Of a stretch of 64,000 bases of DNA, positions 63,101 to 64,000 are shown one piece after another. Every line of letters begins with the position of its first letter. The stretch's first letter is position 1. The notes beneath the pieces were generated by a model. That model saw only the letters and a program-made list of their open reading frames with translations. It was not told the DNA's origin and searched no databases. Source of the DNA: Eledone cirrhosa (lineage: Eukaryota); assembly GCA_964016885.1 (NCBI GenBank), contig OZ024741.1:87110001-87174000 (forward strand), given 5' to 3'. Position numbers and translations under genes: made by a program.

Positions 63101-64000
63101 GTGGTGTAGTGTTGATCTACTGGTTGTGTACTGCTGGTGTATTGGTGGTGTACTGGTGGTGTATTGGTGGAGTATTGATGGTGTACTGGTGGTAGTGGTG
63201 GTGTAGTGTTGATGTACTGCTAGTGTATTCGTGTTGTAGTGGTGGTGTACTGGTGCTGTATTGGTGGTGTACTGGTGCTGTAGTGTTGATGTACTGGTGG
63301 TGTATTGGTGGTGTACGGGTGGTGTAGTGTTCATGTACAGGTGGTGTACTGGTGGTGTACTGGTGGTGTATTGGTGGTGTATTGGTGGTGTATTGGTGGT
63401 GTAGTGTTGATGTACTGGTGGTGTAGTGTTGATGTATTGGTGGTGTACTGGTGGTGTATTGGTGGTGTAGTGTTGAGGTACTGGTGCTGTAGTGTTTATG
63501 TACTGGTGGTGTAGTGTTGATGTACTGGTGGTATATTGGTGATGTAGTGTTGATCTACTGGTGGTGTAGTGTTGATGTACTGGTGCTGTAATGGTGGAGT
63601 ATTGGTGGTGTACTGGTGGTAGTGCTGGTGTAGTGTTGATGTACTGGTGGTGTAGTGGTGGTGTAATGGTGGTGTATTGGTGCTGTAGTGTTGATGTACT
63701 GGTGGTATATTGGTGATGTAGTGTTGATGTACTTGTGGTGTAGTGTTGATGTACTGGTGGTGTATTGGTGGAGTATTGGTGTTGTATTGCTGGTAGTGGT
63801 GGTGTAGTGTTGATCTACTGGTGGTGTACTGGTGGTGTATTGGTGGTGTACTGGTGGTGTATTGGTGGTGTATTGGTGGTGTAGTGTTGATGTACTGGTG
63901 GTGTAGTGGTGGTGTATTGGTGGTGCAGTTTTGATGTACTGGTGGTGTAGTGGTGGTGTAGTGTTGATGTACTGGTGGTGTAGTGGTGGTGTACTGGTGG
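45147..64000 (+). repeat. 11-bp satellite array (>18.8 kb, runs off the window): TATTGGTGGTG / TACTGGTGGTG / TAGTGGTGGTG / TAGTGTTGATG
   Basis: Direct reading. The 11-aa periodicity of spurious ORFs (3 x 11 bp) confirms the unit length. Orientation is constant throughout. Confidence 0.97.

Noticed and set aside
46284-63514. VVYWWC and HHQYTT ORFs as real genes (mucin-like or His-rich proteins)
   Set aside because: They arise in all frames from the 11-bp unit, and there is no unique N-terminus or gene structure.
45147-64000. CRISPR array, canonical telomere or Chi-site cluster
   Set aside because: No unique spacers or cas genes and no TTAGGG tract. ACTGGTGG only resembles bacterial Chi, which is irrelevant in this eukaryotic context.

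Overview
AT-rich eukaryotic intergenic DNA with no recognisable host gene. The SINEs and microsatellite load resemble coleoid cephalopod (Octopus-like) genomes; this is an inference. Bases 1-45.1 kb are almost all mobile elements. (i) R4/Dong-clade non-LTR retrotransposons (RT plus restriction-like endonuclease): some families sit in (TAA)n tracts and two diverged families sit in (CATA)n tracts. (ii) Two full-length Tx1/L1-clade elements, one with both ORFs intact, plus a 3' fragment; all lie on the minus strand with the 3' end joined to (AAT)n, and each is followed head-to-head by a Dong copy. (iii) Three short RTE-derived elements with (ATGT)n tails. (iv) Helitron-type non-autonomous elements, tRNA-derived SINEs, a mariner relic and a MITE. 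(v) Penelope-like pseudo-LTR pieces carrying type I hammerhead ribozyme motifs, two of them as long fold-back palindromes. Bases ~45,147-64,000 are an 11-bp G/T-strand satellite built from four monomer variants, with an ordering rule and ~1.2-kb higher-order duplications. The best candidate system is several retrotransposon clades sharing microsatellite target sites with fixed, opposite orientations. All calls are by eye, with no database search.
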